DNA of 64,000 nucleotides from an uncultured delta proteobacterium (lineage in GTDB: Bacteria; Desulfobacterota; Desulfobacteria; Desulfobacterales; QNYZ01): the NCBI GenBank assembly GCA_963845145.1, contig CAWJQU010000004.1:320001-384000 (forward strand), read 5' to 3'. The notes beneath the pieces were generated by a model. It was not told the DNA's origin and made no database searches. It saw only the letters and a program-made list of their open reading frames with translations. The position numbers were made by a program, and so were the translations under genes. How positions within the stretch are numbered: position 1 is the first letter of the stretch; each line of letters starts with the position of its first letter. Shown here piece after piece: positions 60,493-64,000 of the stretch.

Positions 60493-61203
60493 ATGGCTGA
60501 TCCATTACAAATAGAACAATTTCGATATGGAACGGATAATTTCGCCTACCTTGTTTATGGTAAACGGTCGGCATTGGCCATTGACGGGGGTGCCGTGGCC
60601 GATATCCTGGCGTTTATCGCAGCGAAGCAACTGAACCTTGCCTATATTGCTCACACGCATAGCCATGCAGATCATACCGTGGGGACTCAAAAATTGATGG
60701 GTCAGACAGCCGCGACACAGTTGTCGTCGGAAAAACTCCTAGGCGATCAGGTGGTGATACTGGATTCAGAGCCGGTACGGATTCACCCTACGCCCGGGCA
60801 TACGAAGGACTCACTAATCTTTCATGCAAACGGTTTCCTTATAACCGGTGATACCCTGTTTAACGGCACGGTCGGCAATTGTTTTTCAGGCGACCTACAC
60901 GGGTTTTATCACTCCATATCGCATCTGCTCACATTCCCGGATGACACCTTGGTTTATGCCGGACATGACTATGTGGTTGAGTCAATGCGTTTTGCGCAAA
61001 TGATTGAACCCGGAAACAAGAATATCGAACCTTACTTAAAAAAATACGACCCAAGGCGGGTCGTTTCGAACCTGGCCGATGAGAAAAAGGTGAACCCCTA
61101 TCTGCGGTTTAATACTTCCGGCATCGTGGCGGCGTTGAGAAAAAGAGGCCTTCCAACGGATTCTCCCTATCATTGCTGGGAAAGCCTCATGACCATTGAA
61201 TGA
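60493..61203 (+). CDS. Hydroxyacylglutathione hydrolase-like metallo-beta-lactamase (GloB-like)
   Basis: DNFAY, THSHADH, TPGHT, TGDTLF, GHDY, EKKVNPYLR. Confidence 0.88.
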   Translation: MADPLQIEQFRYGTDNFAYLVYGKRSALAIDGGAVADILAFIAAKQLNLAYIAHTHSHADHTVGTQKLMGQTAATQLSSEKLLGDQVVILDSEPVRIHPTPGHTKDSLIFHANGFLITGDTLFNGTVGNCFSGDLHGFYHSISHLLTFPDDTLVYAGHDYVVESMRFAQMIEPGNKNIEPYLKKYDPRRVVSNLADEKKVNPYLRFNTSGIVAALRKRGLPTDSPYHCWESLMTIE

Positions 61204-61256
61204 CCCTCTGAGTGATCTGGTGAATGACTCGGTGAATGACCTGCTGAATGATAAGG
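61197..61256. repeat. Degenerate 12-bp tandem repeat x5 starting at the gene end
   Basis: tgaatgaccctc tgagtgatctgg tgaatgactcgg tgaatgacctgc tgaatgataagg. Confidence 0.75.
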
Positions 61257-61442
61257 CCGGCTCTGGATTTGGTTCTTACCATTACCGCGAGCCCGGCTTG
61301 CATCCGGGGACCGAATATTATATCAACAATCCCAAAGTTAATGCGGATTTTATGAACGTATTGAGATGTCCAATACGGGGAGCGTCATTGCTCTCCGGTT
61401 CCGGTCTATTTTCAAATAACATAATAGCGAACGGACTTGTCC

Positions 61443-61901
61443 ATGCGTCGTAAGGAGAAGGAAATTACCGAACAGCAGGATCTGGAGACGATACTTCGTC
61501 GGTCGGATGTATGTCGACTGGCCATGGTGGAAGGGGACCGTCCTTATATCGTTCCGCTCAACTTCGGATATTCCCAGGGGAGCCTATACTTTCATTCAGC
61601 CCGTAAAGGCCGGAAGATCGACATATTGAAACAGAACCCGCAGGTCTGTTTTGAATGTGAAACGGATGTGCGGATTGTTACCGGTGAAAAAGCCTGCCAA
61701 TGGGGTGCCGAGTACAAAAGTGTCATCGGGTTCGGTCGGGCCCGGTTTATCAGCGATCCCGAGGCAAAAAAAGAGGCGCTGAACATCATCATGGACCACT
61801 ATGCCGGACGGCCTTTTGATTTTTCGGACGATGATGTCGATAAGGTGGCGATTATTGGTGTTGTGATCGAAGAGATGACCGGTAAACGTGCACCGGCATG
61901 A
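61443..61901 (+). CDS. Pyridoxamine 5'-phosphate oxidase-like flavin-binding protein (NimA-like)
   Basis: MRRKEKEI, PYIVPLNF, YFHSARKGRK, NPQVCF, YKSVIGFG, TGK. Confidence 0.9.
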   Translation: MRRKEKEITEQQDLETILRRSDVCRLAMVEGDRPYIVPLNFGYSQGSLYFHSARKGRKIDILKQNPQVCFECETDVRIVTGEKACQWGAEYKSVIGFGRARFISDPEAKKEALNIIMDHYAGRPFDFSDDDVDKVAIIGVVIEEMTGKRAPA

Positions 61902-61958
61902 CATAAGGACGATAGAAGCGTCTGACTTTTTCGTAAATGAAAGGATAGGTAGATTATT

Positions 61959-62639
61959 ATGGCGATTAATGTCGTAGACAAAGTGGACGACCGGGTGCAA
62001 GTGAAGCATGTCCTGATAAGCGTATCCGACAAATCTGGGTTGGAAGTCTTTATTCCCGAACTGGTTCATACGGTCCCTAACATTCGTATATTCTCAACAG
62101 GGGGAACGTTTGCGCGCATTGCTGAGATTCTGGGCGATGAAGCGGATACGTATTTAACCCGGGTATCCGATTACACCGGCCAGCAGGAAACCCAGGGCGG
62201 ATTGGTTAAAACTCTGGATTTTAAAATTTACCTGGGCTTGTTGACAGAAACCTATAACGATGCCCATCAGGACGATCTGGCCCGTACGGCTGCCGTACCC
62301 ATCGATATGGTGATGGTCAATCTCTATCCCTTTAAGTCCACCATCGCCCAGGATGGGGTGACGCCTGAACAGGCCCGGGGTAATATCGATATAGGCGGTC
62401 CGTGCATGATCCGTGCATCGGCTAAAAATTTTCTGCGGGTGGCATCGGTCGTCGATCCCAACGATTACGAGACAATCATCACAGAGATGAAGCAATACAA
62501 CGGCAGCACTTCGCTTGCCCTTCGTTTTAGTCTGGCCCAAAAAGCCTTCGCCCATACAGCATCTTACGACCAGACGATAGCCGCTTATTTGGGCGAACGT
62601 TCCTTTGGTGTCGTTGACGCATGTTATACCAAAAAATAG
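61959..62639 (+). CDS. purH: IMP cyclohydrolase domain (N-terminal half of split PurH)
   Basis: LISVSDKSGL, STGGT, GGLVKTL, VNLYPF, NIDIGGP, RASAKN, HTASYD. Confidence 0.88.
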   Translation: MAINVVDKVDDRVQVKHVLISVSDKSGLEVFIPELVHTVPNIRIFSTGGTFARIAEILGDEADTYLTRVSDYTGQQETQGGLVKTLDFKIYLGLLTETYNDAHQDDLARTAAVPIDMVMVNLYPFKSTIAQDGVTPEQARGNIDIGGPCMIRASAKNFLRVASVVDPNDYETIITEMKQYNGSTSLALRFSLAQKAFAHTASYDQTIAAYLGERSFGVVDACYTKK

Positions 62640-62684
62640 TGCAATCTTAAGACATTTCAATGGAAAATATATAAGGGAGGCCCC

Positions 62685-63935
62685 ATGGCCGATGATTTAA
62701 AAAAAATGTACAAGACGATCGTTCACGATCACTTTCCGCCGAACATGGAGATCAGCTTTGTGGATGGCGATAACCGGCAGACCCTTTTTTATGAAAAAGT
62801 GCTTTGGGAAATCGACGGCGTTGCCAAGGGGTTGCGCTACGGTGAAAATCCGGGACAGGAGGCAGCCCTGTACCGGTTGCTCAACGGGAATCTGACTCTG
62901 GGGGAAACCGAAACCATTCAAGCCGGGAAGTACCTGGCTTCCAATATTGAGTTGCTTCAATCCGGTAAGCACCCGGGCAAAACCAATCTTACCGACGCGG
63001 ATAATGCACTGAACATCCTTCGGTATTTCAAAGACCGCCCGACAGCGGTTATTGTGAAACACAACAATCCTTGCGGTGTGGCTCGGGCCGATGCACTAGT
63101 CGATGCTTATCAACGTGCCAACATCGCCGATCGGGTCGCTGCCTTCGGTGGGTGTATCGCCCTTAATCGTGCCGTGGACAAGGTGACGGCCCAAAGTATT
63201 TCAGAGCAGTATTCCGAGGTGGTGGTGGCCCCCGATTTCGAGGAAGGGGCGTTGGAAATTTTAAGTAGAAGAAAAAACCTGCGGGTTATTCGAATCGGAA
63301 ATATCGAGCGGTTAGAAACTTTTGTGGGTCAGCGGTGTGTGGAGTTTAAAAACCTGATTGACGGCGGGATTGTTGCCCAATGGTCGTTTGTGCCGAAAAG
63401 CCGTACCCCAAAGGATCTGCTGCCGGCCGAATGTGAATACAAAGGCAAAAACTACCGCATCGAAAACCAGCCGACACCCGCCCAGTATGAGGATATGCTT
63501 TTTGGTTGGTTAGTGGAAACCGGTATTACGTCAAACTCGGTCATCTACGTCAAGGATCAGGTTACCGTGGGGATCGGTACCGGTGAGCAGGACCGGGTCG
63601 GTGTGGCTGAAATTGCCCGGGACAAGGCTTATCGCAAGCTGGCGGACCGCTACTGCTTTGAAGATCTGGGAAAGCCGTATAATGAATTGACCGATACCGA
63701 CCAAAAAGCCGCGATTGATGACCGGGTGGCCCAGGAGAAGGGGGGCTTGATCGGGGCGGCTATGGTCAGTGACGCCTTTTTCCCCTTTCGGGATGGGGTT
63801 GATGTGGGCTTAAGCGAAGGGGTCACCGCCATTATCCAGCCCGGTGGATCGACCAACGATTATCAATCCATCGAGGCCTGCAATGAAGCCGGGGCCACTA
63901 TGGTATATACCGGACAGCGAAGTTTTAAGCACTAA
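62685..63935 (+). CDS. purH: AICAR transformylase domain (C-terminal half of split PurH)
   Basis: LRYGENPGQ, VKHNNPCG, AFGG, SDAFFPFRDG, IIQPGGS, RSFKH; own RBS AAGGGAGG. Confidence 0.9.
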   Translation: MADDLKKMYKTIVHDHFPPNMEISFVDGDNRQTLFYEKVLWEIDGVAKGLRYGENPGQEAALYRLLNGNLTLGETETIQAGKYLASNIELLQSGKHPGKTNLTDADNALNILRYFKDRPTAVIVKHNNPCGVARADALVDAYQRANIADRVAAFGGCIALNRAVDKVTAQSISEQYSEVVVAPDFEEGALEILSRRKNLRVIRIGNIERLETFVGQRCVEFKNLIDGGIVAQWSFVPKSRTPKDLLPAECEYKGKNYRIENQPTPAQYEDMLFGWLVETGITSNSVIYVKDQVTVGIGTGEQDRVGVAEIARDKAYRKLADRYCFEDLGKPYNELTDTDQKAAIDDRVAQEKGGLIGAAMVSDAFFPFRDGVDVGLSEGVTAIIQPGGSTNDYQSIEACNEAGATMVYTGQRSFKH

Positions 63936-63967
63936 GGAACCCCTCTGCATCATCAAAGGAGACGGCC

Positions 63968-64000
63968 ATGAGCAACCTGCTATGGGAGCCGAGCGAAGCT
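63968..64000 (+). CDS. Start of a CDS truncated by the window end (possibly acetoacetate-CoA ligase-like)
   Basis: AAGGAG RBS then MSNLLWEPSEA; LWxPS is common at acyl-CoA synthetase N-termini. Confidence 0.4.
   Translation, partial: MSNLLWEPSEA

Noticed and set aside
61196..61453. 85-aa ORF MNDPLSDLVNDSVNDLLND
   Set aside because: Its N-terminus comes from the 12-bp tandem repeat and there is no protein motif; probably spurious.

Overview
Gene-dense bacterial chromosome segment from an anaerobe, most consistent with a Desulfobacterales-like deltaproteobacterium (AOR, 2-oxoacid:ferredoxin oxidoreductase, HdrC-like protein, split PurH, REP-like palindrome); this lineage call is inference from gene content. 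Most of it is housekeeping or metabolic (pncB, radA, rlmE, yebC, lolA, mltB, purH, tRNA-Glu). Highlights not shown by the ORF track: (1) a DsrE-family selenoprotein with an in-frame UGA (UxxC) and a SECIS-like hairpin at 35.5-35.9 kb; (2) an integrase-less integron cassette cluster (one clear attC) carrying a nuclease-DUF2075 helicase and decayed cassettes at 5.4-8.5 kb; (3) a HypD-like glycyl radical enzyme with an altered active site, its activase and an unknown duplicated His/Cys protein, upstream of AOR-MoaD-OFOR-aminotransferase; (4) a divergent module of Zn-ribbon/pseudokinase/TM/trypsin/TPR protein versus PEP-synthase-like dikinase plus dual-specificity phosphatase; (5) a RibBA with a dead RibB half; (6) a terminator-containing, pan-like leader before a PanF-like symporter; (7) a degenerate tRNA copy next to tRNA-Glu; (8) many short tandem duplications. 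Three frameshifts, two of them in homopolymer runs, may be assembly errors. Family assignments come from motif recognition, not database searches.
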